Positions 1 through 12,468 of a stretch of 62,749 nt of DNA are shown piece by piece. Source of the stretch: Bacteroidota bacterium. GTDB lineage: Bacteria > Bacteroidota > Bacteroidia > Bacteroidales > PUMT01. The stretch spans positions 1-62,749 of the forward strand of contig PUMT01000010.1 of the NCBI GenBank assembly GCA_003551495.1, in the 5' to 3' direction. Every line of letters starts with the position of its first letter. The first letter of the stretch is position 1. Made by a program: the position numbers and the translations under genes. The notes under the pieces were generated by a model. It did not search any database, was not told the origin of the DNA, and worked only from the letters and a program-made list of their open reading frames with translations.

Positions 1-167
1 ATCTTCACAAAATTCAATGAAAATATTGTCATGGTAAGATACATAAGGCCAATAACTTAATAAATATATTTTCTTATGAAATAATTAATTTTACCCGTAA
101 TTATATCTGCTTTTTCAAATACTAACAGATATTATATAAATACTACAAAACAATTAAAACTTAACTT

Positions 168-2927
168 ATGCAAAAGCAAATTACCAACATGCCGTATATC
201 CTGGTCAAAAGGTTTGCGGTTCTGCTTCTGACCGCCATATTTGCGGCATCAGGCATCGCCCATTCACAAAAACGTGCGATGACACTTGAAGATGTGATGT
301 CCTTCATGCATATTGGCAACTCTGTTTTGTCTGAAGACGGCAGATGGGTAGGTTATGATGCTTCACCCGACCGCGGTGACGGGTACGGTGTTATTGTCTC
401 CTCAGACAACAGCACTGAATACCGTATTGAAAGAGGTGAGCGCCCTTCTTTTTCTGTATGCGGTGAGTGGGGATTGTTAACTGTTGTTCCCCCGTTTGAA
501 GAGACCGAAAACAGAAGGGGCAACCGGAGGCCGAACAATGGCGCAGCACTTGTCGAAACCGGAACGGGAAACATAACCAGGTTCGATGATGTGAGGCGTT
601 CAGGGTTCAGCAGCGACGGCTCATACCTTTTAATCCACAACCATTACGTTGCCGATACTACTCTCAGCAAAAGCGAACAGGACAAAATGAGGGAGGCGGG
701 TACGGATCTGCTTGTAAAAGATCTCAGGTCAGGTACCACCGTCACAGTCCCATTTGTTGAGTCATTCACAGCAGACAGCCTCTCCACTCTTCTGGTTTAC
801 ACACTTAATGATACGGCAAAAGCGAATAACGGACTCTACTACCTTTCACTTTCAGATATTAGTCCTCCCGGTGGAGTTATCGACACAACAGGGAATCCGG
901 AGTTCGGCAACTTCACATGGTTTGAAAAGAGTTCCCTGCTTGCGTATATGAGACAGGACAGGGACAAAAAGGAAAAAGAAGAAAATGCTGAACTGTTTGT
1001 ATGGGAAAAGGGTGCATCCCCACGTAAAATAGCCGGCAATAATTCCGCACCTGCTGAAATGTTCCTTCCCTTCAACAACAGCCTTACCTGGTCGAACAAC
1101 GGTGAGCGCCTGTTTTTCGGATTCAGGCCCGGCCGGTTTTCGACTGTCAGTGAAGACCCTGTTTACGAAAGCCTTCTGGATTCAATACAGCAGCAGTCAG
1201 ATATAGATGTGTGGCACGGGGAAGACCCTCTTATAAAGACCAATGAGAAATCTACCTGGAACAGGATACGCAACCAGAACCTGTTGTCAGTCTATCACAT
1301 GGACAGGGAGAGGCTGGTTTACCTGGCCGACGAGGATGTACCAGACCTCCAGCCGCACAGGAACGGCATGTATGCACTTGCTACAAGCAGCGTACCTTAC
1401 ATGAAAAGGATAACATGGGAAGGAAGGTTCCGCGACGTTTACCTCTTCAACATGGAAACCGGCGAGCGGAAGCTTATTGCTAAAGAGAATCAGGATGTGG
1501 CAAATATTTCACCATGCGGAAGGTTTCTTCTCTTTTTTGAAGAAAGGAACTGGTATGTATATGATATAGAAAGAGACCGGTATATGAATCTTACAGGCGA
1601 CCTGGACGTACCCTTTTTCGATGAGGATATGGACAGGCCTGCAGAACCTTCAAGCTACAGGATGACCGGTTGGGTTGACGACAACGAATCGGTTCTGCTG
1701 TACGACAAGTACGATATATGGCGTTTCAACCTTCTCAGCGGTGAAGCGGAAAATATTACCCGGGGTGAGGGGCGAAATACCGGAACTATCTTCAGGATCA
1801 GAAATCTTGAAAGGGAACCCCTTTACGGAAGGCGCCAGCAATTGCTGATTGAGGGATTCAACGAAGAGACAAAGGTACGTTCTGTTTTCTCGGCAAGAGT
1901 TGACAGGAGAGGCGTGGATGAACTGTTCTGCCGGGAGAGGAATATACGTCTCCGTTCTGCTTCGGATGACGGAAACACCATTATGTTCACCAGTGAAACA
2001 TATAACGAGTTCCCCGACCTGTGGATCACAAACAGGCGTTTCCGCAACCCCGTGAAGGTATCGTCACTGGGAGACCAGCTTGATCAGTTTGCATGGGGTA
2101 ATGCAGAACTTGTATCATGGCTCAGCGCTGACGGTGTTCCCCTGCAGGGGGCACTAATTAAGCCGGACGACTTTGATCCTGATAAAAGATATCCTGTTTT
2201 TGTCTACTTCTACGAACAGTTTTCACAAAGGGTGCACGAGTTCAACCAGACAGTGATAAACCACAGGCCATGCTTTGCATATTACGTTAGTAACGGTTAT
2301 GTGGTTTTCCTGCCGGATGTATATTATATTGACGGCAGGCCCGGAATGTCAGCCGTGAAGAGCCTGGTTCCCGGAATGCACAAGATAATTGAAATGGGAG
2401 TTGCCGACCCCGATGCAATAGGACTTCACGGGCATTCATGGAGCGGGTATCAGGCTGCATATGTAGTGACCCAGACCGACATTTTTGCTGCTGCCATTGC
2501 AGGTGCCCCGGTCTCAAATATGACAAGCGCCTACGGGGGGATAAGGTGGGGTACCGGACTGGCACGGCTGTTCCAGTATGAAACCGGACAAAGCCGCATT
2601 GGCTACTCCATTTTTGAAGCACGAGACCTTTATATAGAAAATTCTCCACTTTTCTATGCCAATGAGATCAATACACCGCTTCTGCTCATGCATGGCGACG
2701 TTGACGATGCCGTTCCCTGGGAACAGTCGATCGAACTGTATCTGGCGATGAGACGTGAAGGAAAAGATGTTATATTTCTTCAGTACCGCGACGAACCCCA
2801 TCACCCGAGAAGATACCCCAACAAACTGGATTACACCATAAGGATGAAAGAGTACTTTGACTACCATCTCAGGGGTATGGAACCGGCTGACTGGATTATA
2901 AACGGAGTGCCATATACAGGCAACTGA
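168..2927 (+). CDS. S9 family (prolyl oligopeptidase/acylaminoacyl) peptidase, exported
   Basis: Signal-peptide-like N-terminus, beta-propeller region, nucleophile motif GHSWSG, HGDVDDAVP (Asp) and DEPHH (His); true start may be a few codons downstream. Confidence 0.9.
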   Translation: MQKQITNMPYILVKRFAVLLLTAIFAASGIAHSQKRAMTLEDVMSFMHIGNSVLSEDGRWVGYDASPDRGDGYGVIVSSDNSTEYRIERGERPSFSVCGEWGLLTVVPPFEETENRRGNRRPNNGAALVETGTGNITRFDDVRRSGFSSDGSYLLIHNHYVADTTLSKSEQDKMREAGTDLLVKDLRSGTTVTVPFVESFTADSLSTLLVYTLNDTAKANNGLYYLSLSDISPPGGVIDTTGNPEFGNFTWFEKSSLLAYMRQDRDKKEKEENAELFVWEKGASPRKIAGNNSAPAEMFLPFNNSLTWSNNGERLFFGFRPGRFSTVSEDPVYESLLDSIQQQSDIDVWHGEDPLIKTNEKSTWNRIRNQNLLSVYHMDRERLVYLADEDVPDLQPHRNGMYALATSSVPYMKRITWEGRFRDVYLFNMETGERKLIAKENQDVANISPCGRFLLFFEERNWYVYDIERDRYMNLTGDLDVPFFDEDMDRPAEPSSYRMTGWVDDNESVLLYDKYDIWRFNLLSGEAENITRGEGRNTGTIFRIRNLEREPLYGRRQQLLIEGFNEETKVRSVFSARVDRRGVDELFCRERNIRLRSASDDGNTIMFTSETYNEFPDLWITNRRFRNPVKVSSLGDQLDQFAWGNAELVSWLSADGVPLQGALIKPDDFDPDKRYPVFVYFYEQFSQRVHEFNQTVINHRPCFAYYVSNGYVVFLPDVYYIDGRPGMSAVKSLVPGMHKIIEMGVADPDAIGLHGHSWSGYQAAYVVTQTDIFAAAIAGAPVSNMTSAYGGIRWGTGLARLFQYETGQSRIGYSIFEARDLYIENSPLFYANEINTPLLLMHGDVDDAVPWEQSIELYLAMRREGKDVIFLQYRDEPHHPRRYPNKLDYTIRMKEYFDYHLRGMEPADWIINGVPYTGN

Positions 2928-3034
2928 GAACAATAACAGAAATGAAAAACAGGCCAAAACAATATTTTATATTCTCAAATAATTCTTATATATTATTCTG
3001 TATCTTATATAAGTTAAACTAAAAACAGGCTGTT

Positions 3035-5062
3035 ATGAGAAAATTTGCATTATTGATCACATTTACACTTCTGTTTGTACATTTTTATGCAAACGGACAG
3101 GATAAAAGGAACTTTACCGCAACCGATATGTGGAAAATGGAACGTATCGGTGCGCCTGCCGTTTCCCCTGACGGGAAATACACTCTTTTTGCACTCACAT
3201 CTTATGACATTGAAAGTAACTCATCATCCACCTTCATTCACCTGCTTGACAATGAAAGCGGGGAAAAAAGGCAGATCACATTCACCGGCAGGGAGTCATC
3301 CCCTTTCTGGTGCCCTGAGGGCAAAAAGATCGGATTTATAAGCCGGAGGGAAGGAGGTACTGCCCAGCTTTATATAATGGAGAAAAGCTGGAGCGAGGCA
3401 AGAAGGGTCACGGACCTTCCGGTCGGGGTATTCGCCCCCAAATGGTTTCCCTGCGGGGAACGGATCGCCTTTGCAGCCAATATTCACCCTGACTATAACG
3501 GGGATTTTGAAAAGCTGGAGAAGATACTGAAGCAGCAGCAGGAAAGCAAGGTAACTGCGAAGGTGACTGAAAATGTGATGTATCGGTATTGGGACAGGTG
3601 GCTGACTGACGGATTTTTTCCCCGCCTGTTTTCAGTTGAAACAGGCACAGGCAAAGTGACCGACCTGATGCCTCATACATCAAACTACTTCGATATGATG
3701 GGCGGGGTTTCATACGATATCTCCCCGTGCGGGGAAGAGATTGCCGTTTCAATGAACAATACCCCTCCTCCTTTTGAAAAGCTGAATTACGATATCTTCC
3801 TGCTGAAAACAGACGGCAGCGGAGAGATGAAAAATATTACCCAACACAACCCTGCTGACGACATCAATCCTGTATACAGTCCGGACGGCAACTACATTCT
3901 ATATGGTGCAAGAGAAACTGCACATTTTTATGCCGACAGGGTGGAGATGATGGTATATGACAAAAGAGAGGAAACCAGGAAAAATATAACTTCGGGTATT
4001 GACCTCTCCTGCGAACAGTGGCAATGGTCGCCTGACGGAAATACAGTATTTTTCCACGCCCAGCATGAGGCAAAAAAGGCGCTTTTTTCAATTCCTTCAG
4101 GTGGAGGGAACCATACCAAAATTATCGGTGACGGAAACAATAACAATGTAAAACCGATCGGTAATAACAGACTGGTGTTTACTCACGATAATCTTAACAA
4201 ACCAGCAGATATATATACAATAGATACAAGGGGCAGAAACTTCAGACAGCTTACTTCGGTCAACAGTGAAATACTTGACGGGCTTGAACTGGGGAATATT
4301 GAAAATGTAACCTACAAGGGAGCCAATGGTGTTGATATACAAATGTACATAGTTTATCCCCCCGGATTCGACCCCAACAAAAAGTATCCCCTTGTACTGA
4401 TGATCCATGGAGGCCCCCACAGTATTTTCGGCGACCAGTGGCATTACAGGTGGAACTCCCACCTTTTTGCAGAACCCGGATATGTTGTGGCAATGCCCAA
4501 CTTTCACGGTTCAACCAGCTTCGGGCAGGAATTTGCAAAATCTATCCACGGCTCACATGCAGACCTTCCTTTCAGGGATATAATGAAGGCCACAGATTAC
4601 ATGCTGGAAAGGGGCTATATTGATGAAACAAGAATGGCTGCGACAGGTGGCAGCTACGGTGGGTACATGGTAAGCTGGATTGCAGGGCACACCGACAGGT
4701 ATGCATGTCTTGTGAACCATGCAGGAGTGTATAACATACACATGCAGTTTTCAGCAGATTATACCTGGCACAGAAAATATCAGTACGGCGGCTCGCCATG
4801 GGAGGACTTTGAAACACTCCAGTCGGCCAATCCGGCAATGTTTGCACACAATTTCAGTTCCCCTATGCTGGTAATACACGGGGAACTTGATTACAGGGTG
4901 CCTGTTGGACACGGACTTCTGGTTTACGGAATTTACAAAAGGATGGGGCTTGATGCCAGACTGGTTTATTACCCCGATGAGAACCACTGGATACTTTCAC
5001 CGCAAAATTCGATCTTCTGGTACAAAGAGCTCCACAACTGGCTGGACAGATACCTGCGCTGA
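3035..5062 (+). CDS. S9 family dipeptidyl/acylaminoacyl peptidase, exported
   Basis: Signal peptide, SPDG-type propeller repeats, IHGGPH, GGSYGG, HGELDYRVP, DENHW. Confidence 0.92.
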   Translation: MRKFALLITFTLLFVHFYANGQDKRNFTATDMWKMERIGAPAVSPDGKYTLFALTSYDIESNSSSTFIHLLDNESGEKRQITFTGRESSPFWCPEGKKIGFISRREGGTAQLYIMEKSWSEARRVTDLPVGVFAPKWFPCGERIAFAANIHPDYNGDFEKLEKILKQQQESKVTAKVTENVMYRYWDRWLTDGFFPRLFSVETGTGKVTDLMPHTSNYFDMMGGVSYDISPCGEEIAVSMNNTPPPFEKLNYDIFLLKTDGSGEMKNITQHNPADDINPVYSPDGNYILYGARETAHFYADRVEMMVYDKREETRKNITSGIDLSCEQWQWSPDGNTVFFHAQHEAKKALFSIPSGGGNHTKIIGDGNNNNVKPIGNNRLVFTHDNLNKPADIYTIDTRGRNFRQLTSVNSEILDGLELGNIENVTYKGANGVDIQMYIVYPPGFDPNKKYPLVLMIHGGPHSIFGDQWHYRWNSHLFAEPGYVVAMPNFHGSTSFGQEFAKSIHGSHADLPFRDIMKATDYMLERGYIDETRMAATGGSYGGYMVSWIAGHTDRYACLVNHAGVYNIHMQFSADYTWHRKYQYGGSPWEDFETLQSANPAMFAHNFSSPMLVIHGELDYRVPVGHGLLVYGIYKRMGLDARLVYYPDENHWILSPQNSIFWYKELHNWLDRYLR

Positions 5063-5140
5063 ATAAAAGGGCTTGCGGGGTGAGGGATATTTGAACCCTG
5101 CAAGGCATTTTCCCTGGAAGCTTTTACAATAAACCTGCTG

Positions 5141-5167
5141 CAAAAAAATCCTGAAGCTTCAGGATTT
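5141..5167 (-). terminator. Palindrome/putative terminator at the dapA stop
   Basis: Perfect 22-bp palindrome AAATCCTGAAGCTTCAGGATTT (5146-5167) overlapping the dapA stop, followed by a T-run on the minus strand; lies between convergent genes. Confidence 0.45.
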
Positions 5168-6082
5168 ATCAAGCGGCAGGTTTTTCTTTATCATTTCAAA
5201 ATCCTCCAAAAGAGACTCAATTTTTTTGAATGTTGTATCAGAAACCCTGTTAAGAGGCAACCGGAGATTATTCTCCACTATACCTTTCAGGCAAAGGCTT
5301 GCTTTCACCCCGGCAGGATTGCCTTCTATAAAATGAGCATCCATTATGTCCAGCAACGCATTCTGGATTGCCTGAGCCTTACTGAATTTATGCGATAAAG
5401 CATGCCTGACCATCTGTGAGAACTCAAAAGGGAAGGTGTTTGCGGAAACCGATATAACACCGGAAGCACCCAGCGATATCATCGGAACAGTAAGAGGGTC
5501 ATCCCCTGATATTACCAGAAACCCATCAGGCTTATCCCTTATAATGCGGTTTATCTGGTTAAAATTGCCAGAAGCTTCCTTTATCCCTGCAATATTGCTT
5601 ATTTCACAGGCCAGCTTGAGGGTGGTTTCTGCACTCATGTTAACACCGGTTCGTCCGGGAACGTTGTACAATATTACCGGGAGATTACATGCATTTGCCA
5701 CTTCCCTGTAATGCAGGCACAGCCCTTCATGTCCGGGCTTATTATAATAGGGGGTAACTGAAAGCACCCCGTCAATCCCGATATTCCCGTCACAAACCTC
5801 TTTCAGTTTATTTACAACCTCCTGGGTGTTGTTGCCCCCTACACCCATAACAACAGGTATCCTGCCGTCAACTTCATCAACAACAAAATTTATAACTGCA
5901 ATTTTCTCGTCATTTGAGAGGGTGACCGACTCGCCGGTTGTCCCGAGAGCAACGATGTAATCCACACCACCCTTGATCTGGTGTTCAATGAGCTTTCTCA
6001 TGGAAGAAAAATCCACGCTGCCGTCCCTGCGGAAAGGCGTTACAATGGCAACTCCAGTGCCTTTAAATTTTGTTTTTGGCAT
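5159..6082 (-). CDS. dapA: 4-hydroxy-tetrahydrodipicolinate synthase
   Basis: GTTGES, TPYYNKP, LYNVPGRTG, GIKEASG, SGDD motifs. Confidence 0.97.
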   Translation of the reverse strand: MPKTKFKGTGVAIVTPFRRDGSVDFSSMRKLIEHQIKGGVDYIVALGTTGESVTLSNDEKIAVINFVVDEVDGRIPVVMGVGGNNTQEVVNKLKEVCDGNIGIDGVLSVTPYYNKPGHEGLCLHYREVANACNLPVILYNVPGRTGVNMSAETTLKLACEISNIAGIKEASGNFNQINRIIRDKPDGFLVISGDDPLTVPMISLGASGVISVSANTFPFEFSQMVRHALSHKFSKAQAIQNALLDIMDAHFIEGNPAGVKASLCLKGIVENNLRLPLNRVSDTTFKKIESLLEDFEMIKKNLPLDKS

Positions 6083-6084
6083 AT

Positions 6085-6624
6085 TCAGCTACTGTTTAAT
6101 AAGTTAAGATAATGAATTATCTGCTGAAGGAGATAGTCAATGTCACGACTTTCCCTGATGTCAATACACAAGTCTAAATGGTCAGTGCCTTCCATACGTT
6201 TTCCTGCCTTGAAACCTGAATCTGAAAGAGCGGTGATATATTTCACAGGATATGAAGTATTAACGCTCAGGTCAATCAGCAGGTCAAATCTTTCATTAAT
6301 AAAAACCTCAACAAAAGGTTTAACAGGCTTGTAATACCAGTTCAAATCAGATATACAGAAGAAATGAAGGCTTTTCCTCAGAACGTAGTTTTCGGGAACC
6401 TTTTTTTCAGGAACATACCCTATTGCAAAAACATCCTTCCCCTCATCCCTGCATTTTTTCACGAAATTGTGTACCGCCTCAAACATATGGTTGTTTTCGC
6501 ATTTGAAAACTATCCCGACTGTACGGGCTGACCGGAGGTTGCAGACTTTTCTGTTGCGTGATCTTTTTTTCAGCTTCCTGCCGATCACGAAACGGCCTGT
6601 TTTATTTTTTAATTTTTCCAGCAA
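6085..6624 (-). CDS. Conserved Bacteroidota hypothetical protein (DUF6913-like)
   Basis: 179-aa ORF between ligA and dapA with DLNWYYKP and FDLLIDL motifs; TTG start. Confidence 0.7.
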   Translation of the reverse strand: MLEKLKNKTGRFVIGRKLKKRSRNRKVCNLRSARTVGIVFKCENNHMFEAVHNFVKKCRDEGKDVFAIGYVPEKKVPENYVLRKSLHFFCISDLNWYYKPVKPFVEVFINERFDLLIDLSVNTSYPVKYITALSDSGFKAGKRMEGTDHLDLCIDIRESRDIDYLLQQIIHYLNLLNSS

Positions 6625-6701
6625 GAGAGATTTTTTTTGAATATATTAGTAAAACTGCAATATTAATAAAAAATAGAGGGTTTTTCTTAAAAAATTAAGA
6701 C

Positions 6702-8956
<2,255 letters not shown>

Positions 8957-8978
8957 GTTCTCTTAAATAAATATTCAT

Positions 8979-8986
8979 TATATTTG
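8979..8986 (+). promoter_or_regulatory. Bacteroidota -7 promoter box for the B12 operon
   Basis: TATATTTG (TAnnTTTG consensus) 3 nt before the riboswitch P1 strand. Confidence 0.7.
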
Positions 8987-8989
8987 CAG

Positions 8990-9187
8990 TGATTTGGTTT
9001 CCCGAAAGCTTTAACCTGCCTTTGGGATGAAAAGGGAATCAGGTGACCCGGTTTTCCGGGGATTCCTGAGCAGTACCCGCTGCTGTAAGCTCTTTTAACT
9101 TTCTGAACACACCTGCCACTGTTGGGTCTCACACCCATAACGGGAAGGCGTTCAGAAGGGGAGCAAGCCAGAAGACCTGCCAGATCA
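8990..9187 (+). ncRNA. Cobalamin (B12) riboswitch
   Basis: AAAAGGGAAtcaGGTG, CCtgagcagtaCCCgctgCTGTAAG, GCCACTG, CGGGAAGG and B12 box AAGCCAGAAGACCTGCC; P1 pairing TGATTTGGT/GCCAGATCA; precedes a btuB-like gene. Confidence 0.95.
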
Positions 9188-9232
9188 GATGAATAAGTAA
9201 TGTTCGGGTTAAACATTTAAACCTTTACCGTT

Positions 9233-11176
9233 TTGAAAAAATATTTCATTATTTCATTTGTTTTTGCTTTTCTGTTTATACCCCGTGTTTCAGGCGGGAT
9301 GAAGGATGATACACTCTCCACATACCATATCGGGGAAGTGACCATAAGTCATTCACGCGTTCGTTTCTTCCAGGAAAACAGAAAGGTTACCGCAGCAGAT
9401 TCACTTGACCTGGCCCACTTTTCCAATGACGACCTGGGAGCTCTTATTAATCATATTTCGCCTGCATATATCAATGTCAGGGGCGGAAACGGGTCAGCCG
9501 CAGGTATTACACTGCGGGGGACAAATTCAAGCCAGACCACAGTTAACTGGAATGGTTTCCAACTGAACTCCCTTACACTGGGCTCGGCCGACCTGTCACT
9601 TGTTCCTGTGGAAAGCATCCAGTCGGTCAGCATAATACACGGCTCTTCCGGCACCGTTTCAGGCAGCGGATCATTCGGAGGGTCGATCGAGCTGAGGAAT
9701 GAACCGGACTGGAATAACCGCCTGTCGGTTAAAGCAACTTCAGCTTACGGGAGCTTCAGCACAAAAAGGGCTTCTGTTTCTGCAAGGGCGGGCAGAGAAA
9801 AAATTCAGTATCATCTGAATTTATTCAGCATAAATGCTCTTAACGATTTTTCCTATACCGACAAAATGAAGCCCGGAAGCCCGGAAGAGACCATATCCCA
9901 CAATGCACTTGAAAACAGGGGTGCAATACAGAACCTGTTCGTCCGCCTCCCTCATGACCAGGAAATAGAAGCCGGACTTTGGTACCAGTCCAAATCAAAG
10001 GAAATACCCTCTATCATGGGCTCATACACACCCGGTAATGCGGTTCAACGCGACAGTATTATCAGGGGTTTTGTGAGCTGGACAATGATGACGGGTAAAT
10101 CGAGAATAAATGTGAGATCTTCCTTTATGGATGAGTATATGTTCTACACCGAAACACCTTCGGAAGAAGATAGCCACAATGGGTTAAACTCATCTATCAG
10201 GGGAAGGAAGTTTATGAACGATTTCAGCTACCGGTATTATCTTAACAATTCCATTACCATTGATGCCGGAGCCTCCTACAACAATATGGAAGCTGATGTG
10301 GAGGATTACAACGGAAAAGTTTCCGAATACCAGTCAGCCGTCTATACCGGATTAAGACTTAGCCGCAGCAGAATTGCAGCCACTCTGACCGCAAGGAAGG
10401 AGTTTCACCCTGAAATATCGGTGCCCCTGTTATTTTCGGCAGGGTTGCGCTATGACCATCCGGGAATGGATTATGCTTTAAAAATAAACTATTCAGATCA
10501 GTTCAGGATACCAACATTCAATGACAAGTACTGGCGGCCGGGGGGGAATCCCGGACTGCTGCCGGAGTCGGGTTACACAGTTGACGGGGGCGTGGAGCTT
10601 TCGGGAGAACCTGCCGAAAACCTGGAGCTTAACGGGTAAATAAGCCGTTTCCACTCCAGGATCAAAAACATGATACAATGGGTTCCCGGAAGCAGCTACT
10701 GGTCACCCAGGAACAACAAGGAGGTTCACATAAGCGGTGCGGAGTTCTCACTTAACGGGTCACTTGGTTTGTCAGGTTACAGTCTTGATCTCGACGCAAG
10801 CTACAGTTACAGCATGCCAAGGATAAACAGGACATACGACCAGGAGAGCGGACTGAAGGGCAATATGACCGAGTATGTGCCTGCACATTCGGCAGTTACC
10901 CGGATATCACTTCTGAAAGACAGTGGACATGCAGGCATATCGGTAAACTACACAGGAAGCAGGTACACAACAAGAGATAATAATCCTGTTTACAAATTGC
11001 CGCCCTTCACTCTTTTCAATTTGCATTTCGGTTATAGTATTACCCTTCAGGATATTGAAACCACACTTCAGTTAAGGGTAATGAATGTTTTCGACCGAAG
11101 CTACCAGGTAGTCCGTGCCTACCCGATGCCCGGGAGGTCAATCCAGGGCACACTTAAATTAAACTTTTCAAGATAA
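9233..11176 (+). pseudogene. btuB: TonB-dependent cobalamin receptor interrupted by a single in-frame TAA (10637-10639); pseudogene or sequence error
   Basis: ORFs 9233..10639 and 10670..11176 share a frame; the junction reads LELNG*ISRFHSRIKNMIQWVP. Plug motif LRGTNSSQTTVNWNG, RIPTFNDKYW..GGNP.L.PESG and YPMPGR. Riboswitch upstream. Confidence 0.85.
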
Positions 11177-11219
11177 CTTTATTCAACACATTTTTTCATT
11201 TTAAAACTTTTTAATTCTT

Positions 11220-12299
11220 ATGAAGCGTATATCCAATTATTTTGTTTTTGTATTTCTGATCCAGGCAATGCTATTCCTCTCATGCGAAAAGGATGACGCC
11301 AACCCTGCCCTGGAGGGTTATGCCGGGGGAATTTTTATAACCAACGAGGGGGCTTTCGGGAACAGCAACGGTTCTGTCAGCCATTTCTGTATTGATTCAA
11401 ACAGGGTGGTAAACAATCTGTTTGAAAAGGTTAATGGAAGAAACCCCGGTGATGTTTTACAGTCATTTGGGACTGAAGGGAATTTGGGTGTGATTGTTGT
11501 AAATAATTCGCAGAAAATTGAGGTTGTTGACCTTGAAACTTTTGAATCGGTTGGGACAATAACCGGATTCAGCTATCCGAGATATTTCACTGGAATTGGC
11601 AACGGTATGGGTTACCTGTCCAACGGCAACCTTGCCGGGGAGGTGTACCTTATCGACCTGAATATGATGGAGGTTGCCGACACTATTGAAATAGGAATGG
11701 GTCCTGAACAGATGGCCAGGTCTGGTAACTATGTATTTGTTGCAAACAGCGGCGGCTGGGATTTTGACAACACCGTATCTGTAATAAATACCGGAACCCA
11801 TGAGGTAGAAAAAGTTGTTGAAGTGGGTGATATCCCGGTAGCAGCCGTTACCGATGCAAACGGTGATGTGTGGGTTCTTTGCCGAGGGAAAGTGGTTTAT
11901 GATGACACATGGACAACAATTATCGAAGAGACCGATTCGAGGCTGGTCAGGATTGACGGTACTACTCATGAAGTTGTTACCAGCATTGTTATAGGAGAGC
12001 AAGGTGATTACTTCAACCCTTCATGGTTATCCATTTGTCCGTCAGGAGAAGAGCTCCTGTTCGGGGAAGTGGAAGGACTTTATATGATGGAAATTAGCAG
12101 TGATGAGCAACCTTCCGCACCTCTCATAGAAGAAGAGTTTTCCCATGCCCTTATCGAAAGCCATACAGGCAATATACTGGCTCTCATGGTAACGGATTAC
12201 AGCTCTGCAGGACGGTTGCACATTTACACAGCAGGGGGTGAGAAAACAGGATCTTTTGATGTTGGCATAGGTCCGAACGGATTATACACCAATTATTAA
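11220..12299 (+). CDS. btuG: BtuG-like surface B12-binding beta-propeller lipoprotein (YncE/DUF5074)
   Basis: Lipobox LFLSC followed by acidic residues, NEGAFG.SNGSVS, IVVNNS.KIEVVD, GIGPNG C-terminus; directly after btuB. Confidence 0.8.
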   Translation: MKRISNYFVFVFLIQAMLFLSCEKDDANPALEGYAGGIFITNEGAFGNSNGSVSHFCIDSNRVVNNLFEKVNGRNPGDVLQSFGTEGNLGVIVVNNSQKIEVVDLETFESVGTITGFSYPRYFTGIGNGMGYLSNGNLAGEVYLIDLNMMEVADTIEIGMGPEQMARSGNYVFVANSGGWDFDNTVSVINTGTHEVEKVVEVGDIPVAAVTDANGDVWVLCRGKVVYDDTWTTIIEETDSRLVRIDGTTHEVVTSIVIGEQGDYFNPSWLSICPSGEELLFGEVEGLYMMEISSDEQPSAPLIEEEFSHALIESHTGNILALMVTDYSSAGRLHIYTAGGEKTGSFDVGIGPNGLYTNY

Positions 12300-12468
12300 A
12301 ATGACTCTTGCTCTTTTAAAAAATAAAATGTAGGTTTGGGTGTCCGTTCAGGGTGAAGGCTCCCGATAGCCTGTGTATGGGAAAGATTTTACACAACAAG
12401 CATGATCCGGCTTTTACAGGGAGCAATATCATATTTGACAGTAAGGGTAACGGATCAAACATGTCAGA

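Noticed and set aside
168..5062. Tandem S9 peptidases as a recent duplication
   Set aside because: They differ in length and motif type (GHSWSG vs GGSYGG) and look like distinct subfamilies; ordinary for proteolytic Bacteroidota.
10637..10639. Programmed recoding (Sec/Pyl) of the btuB internal stop
   Set aside because: The codon is TAA, not TGA or TAG, and TAA terminates many normal genes in this window.
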